A stretch of 19,726 nucleotides of DNA, taken from positions 1 to 19,726 of the forward strand of contig DASXQR010000113.1 in assembly GCA_036507075.1 (NCBI GenBank), written 5' to 3'. The notes beneath the pieces are model-generated. The model made no database searches and had not been told where the DNA came from. It worked only from the letters and a program-made list of their open reading frames with translations. Position numbers and translations under genes: made by a program. Shown here in pieces: positions 1 to 8,226 of this stretch (positions within the stretch are counted from its first letter, which is position 1; every line of letters starts with the position of its first letter). Origin of the DNA: Acidobacteriota bacterium. Its GTDB lineage: Bacteria; Acidobacteriota; UBA6911; JACQSX01.

Positions 1-185
1 GCGCGCGCTGCCGCCTCGAGCGCCTGCCGGGCGTCCTGCCGGGTGCCATAGGCGACTTGCGCGACGATTTCGCCGCTGGCAGGGTTTTTCACAGCGATCT
101 CCTTCCCGCCGGACCCGGTGGTCCATTGACCGTCGATATAAAGCAGCCGATCAGTCACCAGTTCTTCTCTTTTTTGTGTAGCCAT
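1..185 (-). CDS. NAD(P)-dependent aldehyde dehydrogenase, N-terminal part (runs off the window edge)
   Basis: Manual translation from ATG at 185 gives MATQKREELVTDRLLYIDGQWTTGSGGKEIAVKNPASGEIVAQVAYGTRQDARQALEAAAR, the typical ALDH N-terminus (LYIDGQW...NPAxGE...A.xAA). An SD-like AAGGGGGAG lies upstream. Not in the ORF track because it is truncated. Confidence 0.9.
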   Translation of the reverse strand, partial: MATQKREELVTDRLLYIDGQWTTGSGGKEIAVKNPASGEIVAQVAYGTRQDARQALEAAAR

Positions 186-210
186 AAAGTGCTCCCCCTT
201 TAGTCGAACG

Positions 211-266
211 TCACTCCCCCACTCCCCCACTCTCCCACTCTCCCACTCCCCACTCACTCCCACCCC
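211..266. repeat. Degenerate 8-nt tandem array (CTCYCCCA)n, G-rich on the mRNA strand, overlapping the lipase stop codon
   Basis: ctccccca ctccccca ctctccca ctctccca ctcccca ctca ctccca cccc; seven C-tracts of 3 or more. Confidence 0.9.
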
Positions 267-1552
267 AGCGATTGCCGGATCGCTGTCCAGGATTCCTCGG
301 AAAACAAAGTCCCTATCTCTTCCAAATCCTGCCAGGTGAGATGATCGTCGTCCCCTTGTTTGGTTCGAAACACCAGGTTATCCGCGGCTGCGATGGCCGC
401 GACATCCACGGGCACAAGGGTTGTCTTGTAAAAGGAATTGATGGCAGCGATAAATTCATTAGCAACGATCGCCTGCCCGGTCCGGGTGGGATGTATCAAA
501 TCGAGACTGAAAATACCTCCCAGGAAAGACCCGGTGAGGCGAAGGTTTCCCACCGCAACTCCCTCCCTGCGAATACGACGCAAGAGCGCGTTGCTATCCA
601 CCACGGGAAACCCTCTTTGCTCTGCCAGCCGCGCGATCACGTTGTTGTATTGCTGCGTGCGCTCCCGAATCGCCCTGACCTCCTGGGCGGTCAAAACCAG
701 ATTGGGAGGCAGCGGGCCCTGGGCCTGCCCTTGCGCGATCTGCAGCAAAGTAGGAATGGCGGTGGCCGGAATCAGATCCTCCGGACCCACTCCGAGCACA
801 AACTGAACCAGCGGAGCGGGCACGCCTGCGGCAGCCGCAAGCTCGGGAATAGTGAAGAAGAACGCCGCCGACGGGACATCCGCAACGTTGGCCACCGCGA
901 TCCTGGCTCCGGTTGCCAGCACGCGATTGATCACTTCGGTAATATTGTCCCGGAAGCTTTCCAGGGAAGGCAGGTTTGCCGATCCGGCTGACGCGGGACC
1001 CAGAGCTTCGTTATTTCCCAGCCAGATGGTGGCAAAAGTGGGCTTTAAAAACTCGGCCTGTTCGACCTGACTTCCAGCCGGTGCGATCGGCGCCACCAGA
1101 CCCGGCAGCCCCAGGATCAGGTTGGTGAGAATGTTGTCAGGATTGAAGAATGCAGCCGAACCGACCGGTCCCACCGGTCTTTTACGAAGCGCGGCGTCGG
1201 CGGTGTGTCCCGGCACACCCAGATTGGTTGCCATCAGCAGCGGAAAGATACGACCGGTGGAGGTTCCCGGCCTGGGCTGAAGATTGGGCGGAAAACCGGC
1301 AGAAATCAATTGCAGTTCGTTCGGAATTCCGGGTCTGGCCACCAGCGGCACAAACACGAAGGTGCGCATCTGGGCGGAGAGCAGCACCGGATATGCCGCC
1401 CTTTGGCCATCCTCATTCAGTGAACCGCTGATATAGCCCGCCGTTAAGCTGTCACCCACCGCGACGTATGAGAGGAAGGAAGGCTGCTGCGCCTGAAGTG
1501 CGCCGATCAGCAAAAGGGCGAGAGCTGCGAGAATCAAAATCCTGCGAAACAT
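254..1552 (-). CDS. Secreted SGNH/GDSL-family lipase/esterase
   Basis: Signal peptide MFRRILILAALALLLIGALQA; block I YVAVGDSLTAG, block II NLGVPG, block III WLGNNE, block V SLDLIHP. Start placed at 1552 because the upstream ATGGAGGT supplies an SD (GGAGGT). Confidence 0.9.
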   Translation of the reverse strand: MFRRILILAALALLLIGALQAQQPSFLSYVAVGDSLTAGYISGSLNEDGQRAAYPVLLSAQMRTFVFVPLVARPGIPNELQLISAGFPPNLQPRPGTSTGRIFPLLMATNLGVPGHTADAALRKRPVGPVGSAAFFNPDNILTNLILGLPGLVAPIAPAGSQVEQAEFLKPTFATIWLGNNEALGPASAGSANLPSLESFRDNITEVINRVLATGARIAVANVADVPSAAFFFTIPELAAAAGVPAPLVQFVLGVGPEDLIPATAIPTLLQIAQGQAQGPLPPNLVLTAQEVRAIRERTQQYNNVIARLAEQRGFPVVDSNALLRRIRREGVAVGNLRLTGSFLGGIFSLDLIHPTRTGQAIVANEFIAAINSFYKTTLVPVDVAAIAAADNLVFRTKQGDDDHLTWQDLEEIGTLFSEESWTAIRQSLGWE

Positions 1553-1570
1553 AAAAACCTCCATTACCGG

Positions 1571-1611
1571 TTTAGAAATTCAACTTCGCTCCCATTTAGA
1601 AATTCAACTTC
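1571..1611. repeat. Exact 17-bp direct duplication of the receptor gene's 3' end, including the stop codon
   Basis: tttagaaattcaacttc at 1571-1587 and 1595-1611. Confidence 0.9.
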
Positions 1612-4600
1612 ACCCCGAACTGAATCTGCCTTGGGTCAAAGGCGGAAGTGAAACCGAGAGGCGCCGTCGGCGAGCCGCGAAATCCTTTCACATCCGACTT
1701 GTCTATCGCCAGGCCGACTACATTATTAACACCGGAAAAATTGGGGCGATTGAAAAGGTTGAAAGCCTCGGCGATCAACTCCAGGTTTCTCGCTCCGTCG
1801 GAGCTGAAGCTCAGCTTTCGCGCGATGCGCAGATCCATGGAAATAAAATTGGGGCCGCGGCCGGTATTTCTCCCCGCGATCTGACCGCCGGCGGTGGCAT
1901 CGCATGGCTTTTGGAGACACGGACGATCCGTCTCGTCATGGGTGTCTCCGTTGGCGTCAAAGCCGACCAGGAGATTAAACGGGCGGCCACTCGAATAAGT
2001 CACGATCGGGGCCACCACCCAGCCGGAAAGCAGGTTCTTGACCGCCTTATTATCGGAATCGCTGTGGCTGGCGATCACGCCGCTTACCACCAGGCGGTGC
2101 CGTTCATCAAAAGTGGACAAACTCTTTTCCGAGCGGAGGTCGCGCTGGTTATTTGGCTGCAGCGGGGTGATGAAGTCAGTGGCGTCGTCGATGGCCTTGC
2201 CGTAAGTGTAGGAGACCTGGAACGAGTGATTATGGCTGAACCGCTTCCGCCCGGAAAAAGTGAGGCCATGGTAGATCGACCTGCCGGTGGTCTCGATCTG
2301 GTTGATCTGGATGAAGCGCGGATCCAGCCCCGGCAGCGCAAAGCGGTTGGGGCCAGTCTGGCGGACATTGATATCCCGCGAGCGGATAATATGCAGTCCG
2401 CGATTCAGATTGTAATCGATCGACACTGCCAGATCGGTGAAGATTTCATGTTCGATTCCAAGACTGGCTTGATGACTGTAAGGTGTGTCGATCTTTGCAG
2501 CCTGCGGCAGAATGATCGACGGCGTGCGCCCCGGCGGCAATCCCAGCGCTGTGAGACGCTGCGCGGTGAGCGGGCCAAGCTGGCGGAAATTGGCGAAAAC
2601 CGTAGCCGAAGTGGTTGTGGTTCCGGGAAGCCCGGTGAGCGGCACGAATACCTGTGAAATCTGGCCGGATAAGACCTGGCTCACGAAAGCGATGGCGTTG
2701 TAGAAGCTTGAATAATAGAGCCCGTATCCGCCTCTCAGCACGGTTTTCCCTGACCCTCCCGGGTCCCAGGAGAAGCCTGCGCGCGGCGCAAAATTGTCGG
2801 TGTCGTTGACCGATCGGAATTCAAACTGGAACGGCGGCGCGGCATTGACGACATTGGAAGTTTTCGGTCTCAGCTCCACGTCGTAGCGCAAACCCAGATT
2901 GAGCGTGAAATTCGGCCGGACCTTCCATGAGTCCTGCAGGTAGGTGCCGAACTGGGTGTACCGGAAGCGCGTGTTCGGATCGCCAAAGCCCTGGAAAAAC
3001 GAAGTAGGAAGCCCGAAGTTGAACGATTGAACGGCGCTGATCGGATCAGAAAGCGCCGGAACAAGATCTGCGCGCCCCAGTTGCACCAATGCCGCTCCCA
3101 CTCCGCTCGCGACAGTCGGTCCTCCAAAATTGTTTAACAAAAGCGCCAGTGGAATGCTGCTCGCCGAGAAGAAAAAACGCCCTCCCAGAAAAACTTCGGC
3201 CGCCCCTCTTAAAAACGTGTAGTTGTAATCAATGCCGGTCTTCAGTGTGTGATTTCCTGAAATAAAAGTGAAGTTGTCAACCAGTTGATAGAGCTTCTCG
3301 TTGTAGCGGGTGGGATTGAAAAACTCACGTCCGAATTCCGCCACGCCTGCCAGCGTGATCTGCGGGCCAATGGGATCGTTTGTCTGGACTGTGTTCTGAC
3401 GGCGCGCCGCCTGAAACTTGAATTCATTGAGGCGATGCGGGTCGACCACGTGCGTGTCGGAAAGTACAAACGAGGTATCCTCGGTGTCAAAGGATACGCC
3501 GTTGGAGACGCCTTTGAGCGCCCCAAACTCCGCATTGCCGTTGAATCCCCTGGTGATGCTGAAGCGGGTGAAAAGCTGGTTATTCTGGGACACCAGAAAA
3601 TCATTTTTAAGCGAGAAGGTGTTCTGGTCCGCGCGGAAGGGAAATGTTCCGCTCTCGCGCTGAAACAGAGCGAGCGTGCCCGGGAAATTAAGAGGGGTGG
3701 TGTTCAACACTCCAAGTTGCGGATTTGCCAGCGCCTGAGCGAGCTCGCGCAGCGCCGGGACCGGAGCCTGGCCCAGAAAATCAAACAGCCGCCGCTGCGA
3801 TGTTGTCAGGCCGAAAATGCTGGGATCGTTCAGAAAGGTGACAAACAGCGATTCATCACGGTCCAGCCGCTCAAAACTTGCGAAGAAAAAAGATTTATCC
3901 TTCTGCAGCGGCCCGCCCACGGTGCCACCCCACTGCTTGCGCTGGAACTGCGGGTCTGGGCCGAACGCAAAATGGTTGCGCGCGTCGAAGCGCTTATCGC
4001 GAATGAAGTAAAAGACGTTGCCGTGGACCTTATTGCTTCCCGACTTGGTGACGATGTTGATCACGCCTCCCTGAGCGCGCCCAAACTCGGATGAGAACGA
4101 ATTGCGGTTGACCTGGAATTCGCTGATCCCTTCCTGGCTCAAAATCGAAAACGAGGAATTGGAAATCGAGTCGATGTTGTTGACGCCGTCAATGGTGATT
4201 GCGTTGGAACGCCCGTTCTGGCCGTTGAACGAAAGACCGGAGCTGGGCGCCTGCACCGCGGCGAAGCGCACCATCGAATTCCTGGTAGTGACCCCGGGCG
4301 TGAGCAGCGTGAAATCAAGATAGTTGCGCCCGTTGATCGGAAGGTTGTCGATCTGCATCTCGCCGATGGTATTGGACTGCTGCGTCTTGCTGATTTCCAG
4401 GATCGCCGCATCCTCCTGCACCACGATTTCCGTTTGCGTAGCCGACACGGTCATGACGAGATCGACGCGCGCAAATTGACCCACCGTAATGCTCACTCCT
4501 TCACGCACCTGCGTGCTGAAACCCGGCAGTTCGGCGCGCACTTCATACAATCCCGGAGGCAGCAACGGAATGCTGTACTGCCCTTCATCATTGGTAAGGG

Positions 4601-4790
4601 TCGACCGCGTAAGGGAGATCGCCTTATTGGTCGCCGTGACCGTGACTCCCGGAACAACCGCGCCGCTTTGATCCTTGACGGTCCCTTCCAGAGTGCCGGC
4701 AGTGGCCTGCGACTGGGCCGAAAGGAATTCAGAATTGAAGGTGAACAATACTGAGAGAAAGAGTAATCCGACACGCATCAAACAGCGCAT
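1596..4790 (-). CDS. TonB-dependent receptor-like outer-membrane protein with an N-terminal carboxypeptidase-regulatory-like domain (Oar-like)
   Basis: Signal peptide; GTVKDQSGAVVPGVTVT...LPPGLYEV domain; plug motifs LPINGRNYLDFTLLTPGV and EFGRAQGGVINIVTKSGSN; barrel motifs YLQDSWKV..TLNLGLRYD and FAPRAGFSWDP; C-terminal RQIQFGVKLNF ending in Phe; SD AAGGAGG. Confidence 0.93.
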   Translation of the reverse strand: MRCLMRVGLLFLSVLFTFNSEFLSAQSQATAGTLEGTVKDQSGAVVPGVTVTATNKAISLTRSTLTNDEGQYSIPLLPPGLYEVRAELPGFSTQVREGVSITVGQFARVDLVMTVSATQTEIVVQEDAAILEISKTQQSNTIGEMQIDNLPINGRNYLDFTLLTPGVTTRNSMVRFAAVQAPSSGLSFNGQNGRSNAITIDGVNNIDSISNSSFSILSQEGISEFQVNRNSFSSEFGRAQGGVINIVTKSGSNKVHGNVFYFIRDKRFDARNHFAFGPDPQFQRKQWGGTVGGPLQKDKSFFFASFERLDRDESLFVTFLNDPSIFGLTTSQRRLFDFLGQAPVPALRELAQALANPQLGVLNTTPLNFPGTLALFQRESGTFPFRADQNTFSLKNDFLVSQNNQLFTRFSITRGFNGNAEFGALKGVSNGVSFDTEDTSFVLSDTHVVDPHRLNEFKFQAARRQNTVQTNDPIGPQITLAGVAEFGREFFNPTRYNEKLYQLVDNFTFISGNHTLKTGIDYNYTFLRGAAEVFLGGRFFFSASSIPLALLLNNFGGPTVASGVGAALVQLGRADLVPALSDPISAVQSFNFGLPTSFFQGFGDPNTRFRYTQFGTYLQDSWKVRPNFTLNLGLRYDVELRPKTSNVVNAAPPFQFEFRSVNDTDNFAPRAGFSWDPGGSGKTVLRGGYGLYYSSFYNAIAFVSQVLSGQISQVFVPLTGLPGTTTTSATVFANFRQLGPLTAQRLTALGLPPGRTPSIILPQAAKIDTPYSHQASLGIEHEIFTDLAVSIDYNLNRGLHIIRSRDINVRQTGPNRFALPGLDPRFIQINQIETTGRSIYHGLTFSGRKRFSHNHSFQVSYTYGKAIDDATDFITPLQPNNQRDLRSEKSLSTFDERHRLVVSGVIASHSDSDNKAVKNLLSGWVVAPIVTYSSGRPFNLLVGFDANGDTHDETDRPCLQKPCDATAGGQIAGRNTGRGPNFISMDLRIARKLSFSSDGARNLELIAEAFNLFNRPNFSGVNNVVGLAIDKSDVKGFRGSPTAPLGFTSAFDPRQIQFGVKLNF

Positions 4791-4825
4791 TCAGCGGCCC
4801 TCCTTGAGAATCGAGAAATGTGGCT

Positions 4826-4855
4826 ACGATAATGTCAGTCGTCCAGGAAAGTCAA
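4826..4855 (-). promoter_or_regulatory. Possible sigma70 promoter for the receptor-lipase genes
   Basis: TTGACT (4850-4855), 18 bp spacer, TATCGT (4826-4831) on the minus strand. Confidence 0.4.
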
Positions 4856-4881
4856 ACGTAGTCGGGAAGGCACTGCCGAAC

Positions 4882-4965
4882 TTACTCTTCTTTACCGCCC
4901 CACTCCCCTTCATAACCCTTTTGCCCCCCTTCATACCCCTTCATAACCCCCCCAACCCTGTCCCC
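4882..4965. repeat. Degenerate 9-10 nt tandem array (CCCTTCATA family) overlapping the MBL gene end
   Basis: cccttcata at 4906, 4927 and 4937 plus decayed copies; same unit as the array at 14334-14439. Confidence 0.8.
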
Positions 4966-5896
4966 AGTACTCAACTCCGCCTCGGAGTTCGCTTGCGGCC
5001 CGTCCGTTTTCTGCCGCGTAGTCCAGGTGCGACGTGATTTCCGACAGGGCGAGAAATCTGTGAACACCGTCCGCATCGGGGAAGACCTGCAGCGAGAGCT
5101 GCCAGGCCGTCCAACTGCCGGCGGAAAGCAAACCCAGAATCTTCTGCTGGCGCTGCGCGATCAACGCTTCCAGGTCTCTGCGGTAGGAAGAGTAGTCGTG
5201 GACCGGTTTGCCATGACTGGTCCAGCAGAATGCCGGGGCGGCTTGGGAGAGTTTTTCAAGTGAATTGAGGTAGTGGGAAAGCGCGGGGAAGCGCGACCCC
5301 TTCTTGACGGGATCCGGATTGAGCAGAGGATTCGGCGAGATTCCGTCGAGCACCATATCTCCGGCGATCAAGACACGGGTTGCTTTCTCAAACAGGCAGA
5401 TGCTCCCGGGCGTGTGTCCCGGCGTGTGAATAACTTTCAGGGCTCCCCGGTCGAAATTCAGAAATTCCCCGTCGGAAAGCGGGAGTGCCTGAGCTATTGG
5501 TTCGCAGTATTGTTCCAGGCCAAGGTAGGCCTGCTGGAACTGCCCGATGGTTTCGCGCGGCACGCCGACAGTTTCGAGCAAGCTCTGGAAGTAATGATAG
5601 TCTCGTCGCTTCCGAAGATTGTCGAGTTCCCATTCATGCGCGAGAATCGCGCATCCGCTCTCGCTTTGAATCTGGCAGGCCTGGCCGAAATGGTCCTCGT
5701 GCGAATGTGTCAAAATCAACTTTCGAATCTGGGAGGGGCGGATGCCGTGCTGCTTCAGCCCGTCTCGCAAAGCCTTCCAACTCTCGGAGTGCTTGGGGCC
5801 GGCGTCAATCAGCGTCAGAGGATCCTGACGGACCAGGTACAGATGCACCGGACCGATATCGAGGGGAGTGGGAACGGTAATCTGGCGGAAATCCAT
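4931..5896 (-). CDS. MBL-fold metallo-hydrolase, last gene of the fad cluster
   Basis: LIDAGP, THSHEDH (HxHxDH), HTPGHTPG, AGD, SHG motifs; C-terminal extension (TAWQLSLQVF...LSEITSHLDY) resembling a winged helix. Confidence 0.9.
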   Translation of the reverse strand: MDFRQITVPTPLDIGPVHLYLVRQDPLTLIDAGPKHSESWKALRDGLKQHGIRPSQIRKLILTHSHEDHFGQACQIQSESGCAILAHEWELDNLRKRRDYHYFQSLLETVGVPRETIGQFQQAYLGLEQYCEPIAQALPLSDGEFLNFDRGALKVIHTPGHTPGSICLFEKATRVLIAGDMVLDGISPNPLLNPDPVKKGSRFPALSHYLNSLEKLSQAAPAFCWTSHGKPVHDYSSYRRDLEALIAQRQQKILGLLSAGSWTAWQLSLQVFPDADGVHRFLALSEITSHLDYAAENGRAASELRGGVEYWGQGWGGYEGV

Positions 5897-6147
5897 GCGG
5901 TTTCGGATTACGGTTTGCGGGTTACGGGTTGTCGGGTTGTCGGGTTACGGGTTAAGAAGCGCCACTTCAGGCTAAATGATGTCCCTTTGTGTCTTCGTGT
6001 CTTCGTGGCGATCAGTTTGTGAATAATCTGGGCTTGCGGTCGCGGTACTGAGAAATCCGCAAGTGAACCTCGTAACCCGACAACTCGGAACCCGAAAACC
6101 CGTAACCCGATAACCCGCAACGCGACAACCCGACAACCCGCAACCCG
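5897..6147. repeat. Inverted tandem-repeat element: (CGGGTTN1-2)n arm, ~110 bp core, (AACCCGN1-2)n arm
   Basis: Left arm 5897-5953 (cgggtta/cgggttgt units); right arm 6066-6147 (aacccga/aacccgt/aacccgc units). Confidence 0.9.
5949..6035. repeat. Dispersed repeat, copy 1 (GGGTTAAGAA...CTTCGTGTCTTCGTGG...GTTTGTGAATAATCYGGGCTT)
   Basis: 5985-6035 aligns with 14257-14308 with 5 mismatches and 1 indel; both copies are preceded by gggttaagaa. Confidence 0.85.
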
Positions 6148-6153
6148 GCTGCT

Positions 6154-7917
6154 TTACCGGGCGATTGTGCGCTGCGCGATTCGACGGTGAATCTCGATCA
6201 GGTTGACCGGATCGTAGCGGAAAAACTTTTTCAGGACCGAGAAGTAAGTGCGCAGCGTGTCTCCTTCGGCCAGTGCCGGAACAGCTTCGCGAGACTTGGA
6301 TTCCGCCGTTTGTACCGCTTCGTACAGATAGCCGCGAGCCAGGTCCGCGAAAGCGGCAGCGGTATCCGCATTGCTCTTATCCTGCGCCTGATGCGCGCGC
6401 ACCACGGCGCTTTCGGCCGCGTAGATTTCCATCACCAGATCGGCAAAAAGCATCAACACTTCCTGCTGCTCGCTCAATTGCTCGCCAAACCTCTGCGTGG
6501 CCAGACCGCCGACAAACAGGGCTGCCTTCTTCATTCCGGCGATCACCGCGTATTCGGGCGCGAAGGGACCGGTCGAGGGTGCGGGGCGATCCAGCGAAAG
6601 AATTTCCTCCTGCAGCTTCTTTGCCGCCTGCAGGAAGGGAATCTCGCCACGCAGGGCTCGGCGCATGATCATGGCTGGAATAAGAAGACGGTTGATTTCG
6701 TTTGTGCCTTCAAAAATTCGATTGATGCGCGAATCGCGGTAGTAGCGCTCCACTGGATATTCCTGGCTGTAGCCGTTTCCACCAAAGATCTGCACCGCTT
6801 CGTCGACGATGTAATCCAGGTACTCGCTGCAGCATACTTTGACGATCGAGCATTCGACCGCATACTCTTCAATCGCCTTCAGCCTGTCTTCCGGCGAGGT
6901 CGCGCCCTCGCGGGCCCGATCGATCCAGCCGACCGTGCGGTAGACGATACTTTCTCCCACCCATGCGTAAATGGACATGCGCGCCAGCTTCTGCTGGATG
7001 GCCCCGAAACTCGAGATCGGCTTGCCGAACTGATGGCGTTCATTGGCATACTGCGCCGCCTGGCGGATCACTTCTTTGGCGCCTCCGATGCAGCTTGCGC
7101 CCAGTTTGTAACGTCCGATGTTGAGAATGTTCAGGGCAATCCTGTGTCCCTTGCCTGTTTCTCCAAGCACGTTCTCAGCCGGCACGCGGGCATTCTGCAG
7201 GATCACCTGGCGGGTGGAAGAGCCTTTGATCCCCATTTTCTTTTCTTCCGCGCCCACGGACACTCCGGGAAAGGCTTTCTCCACGATGAACGCGGTGAAA
7301 TCGGTTCCGTTAATTTTGGCAAAGAGCACAAACAGGTCCGCAAAACCGGCGTTTGTAATCCACATTTTGCTGCCGTTGAGGGTGTATTCTTTCCCGTCGG
7401 CCGAAGGCACGGCGGTGGTCTTGGCCGCCAGAGCGTCCGATCCTGATTCAGCTTCAGTGAGCGCGTAAGCGGAAATCAGCTCTGCCGCCGCCAGTCGCGG
7501 CAGGTATTTCTGTTTCTGTTGCTCGCTTCCGAAAAAGACAATCGGCAATGTCCCGATTCCGCTGTGTGCACCGAAGGTCGCGGCAAAGGAGGCCGACCAT
7601 CCCATGCGTTCCGCGACCAGGCAGGAACTGGCCTCATCGAGGCCCAGGCCGCCGTACTTTTCGTCAAACGTAATGCCGAGCAGTCCGATTTCGGCCGCCT
7701 TGCGCAGCAACTGCCGGCTGAGCTCGTGCTTTCCATGCTCCAGCTCCTCCAACTGCGGAAGCACTTCCCGGCGGATGAAATCTTCCGTGGTACGGGCGAT
7801 CATTCTGTGTTCTTCCGTGAAAACTTCAGGCGAAAAAAGCGAGCCCACTTCAGGGCTTTCCAGAAGAAAACTTGCGCCCTTTACAATCCGGGTCTCTTTT
7901 TCAGCAACGCGGGACAT
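6154..7917 (-). CDS. fadE: Acyl-CoA dehydrogenase (Bacillus FadE / VLCAD-like, 587 aa)
   Basis: EKYGGLG, AYALTEAESGSDA, LNGSKMWITN, ERHQFGKPI, QIFGGNGY, RIFEGTNEINR. Start MSRVAEK at 7917 with GGAG SD; the longer ORF-track start reads through a repeat element. Confidence 0.93.
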   Translation of the reverse strand: MSRVAEKETRIVKGASFLLESPEVGSLFSPEVFTEEHRMIARTTEDFIRREVLPQLEELEHGKHELSRQLLRKAAEIGLLGITFDEKYGGLGLDEASSCLVAERMGWSASFAATFGAHSGIGTLPIVFFGSEQQKQKYLPRLAAAELISAYALTEAESGSDALAAKTTAVPSADGKEYTLNGSKMWITNAGFADLFVLFAKINGTDFTAFIVEKAFPGVSVGAEEKKMGIKGSSTRQVILQNARVPAENVLGETGKGHRIALNILNIGRYKLGASCIGGAKEVIRQAAQYANERHQFGKPISSFGAIQQKLARMSIYAWVGESIVYRTVGWIDRAREGATSPEDRLKAIEEYAVECSIVKVCCSEYLDYIVDEAVQIFGGNGYSQEYPVERYYRDSRINRIFEGTNEINRLLIPAMIMRRALRGEIPFLQAAKKLQEEILSLDRPAPSTGPFAPEYAVIAGMKKAALFVGGLATQRFGEQLSEQQEVLMLFADLVMEIYAAESAVVRAHQAQDKSNADTAAAFADLARGYLYEAVQTAESKSREAVPALAEGDTLRTYFSVLKKFFRYDPVNLIEIHRRIAQRTIAR

Positions 7918-7965
7918 ATTTTTCTCCAATCTTGTCTGCAGCGGGTCGGCGGCAGTGCTGTCACG

Positions 7966-8203
7966 GCAGAGACGCAGCGCCGTAGGCTGCCAAAAGCCGT
8001 CTACGTCTACGAGCACGTGCACGCCAATGTCCACGACTACGTCTACGATTTCGCTCGGTTTCGTCACAGACTGAAGAGAATTGCAGGCTGTTTGTAGAAG
8101 ACGTTGTCGTGATCGTGGACTTGAGACGTGGTCGTTGACGTGCACGTGCTTGTGGACGTAGACGGCTTTTTGGTTGCGGCCTATGGTCACGCTGTGTCTC
8201 TGC
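7966..8203. repeat. Large nested imperfect palindrome with hexamer (GTCYAC) inner arms
   Basis: 7966-8049 is the reverse complement of 8112-8203 (GCAGAGACRCAGCG / CCRTAGGCYGC / AAAAGCCGTCTACGTCYACRAGCACGTGCACG...), with a ~62 bp unique loop. Confidence 0.92.
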
Positions 8204-8226
8204 GTTGAAGCTTTTCGCCATCATGA

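Noticed and set aside
4791..4880. Second FadR operator upstream of the receptor
   Set aside because: No TGAATGA-N4-TCATTCA-like palindrome was found.
5908..6120. Small ORFs across repeat elements (also 4882-5076, 9244-9579, 14934-15371, 17693-17953)
   Set aside because: Low-complexity translations of the repeats. No four-helix-bundle, GxxExxY or transposase remnant could be recognised in the cores.
6187..7446. Long plus-strand ORFs antisense to real genes (e.g. 6187-7446, 12746-13642, 3285-4094)
   Set aside because: Shadow ORFs typical of GC-rich coding DNA, with no motifs.
7918..8190. 91-aa N-terminal extension of FadE in the ORF track
   Set aside because: It is a translation of the hexamer palindrome (VYVHKHVHV, VDVVVD). 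An SD and the family-typical start are at 7917.
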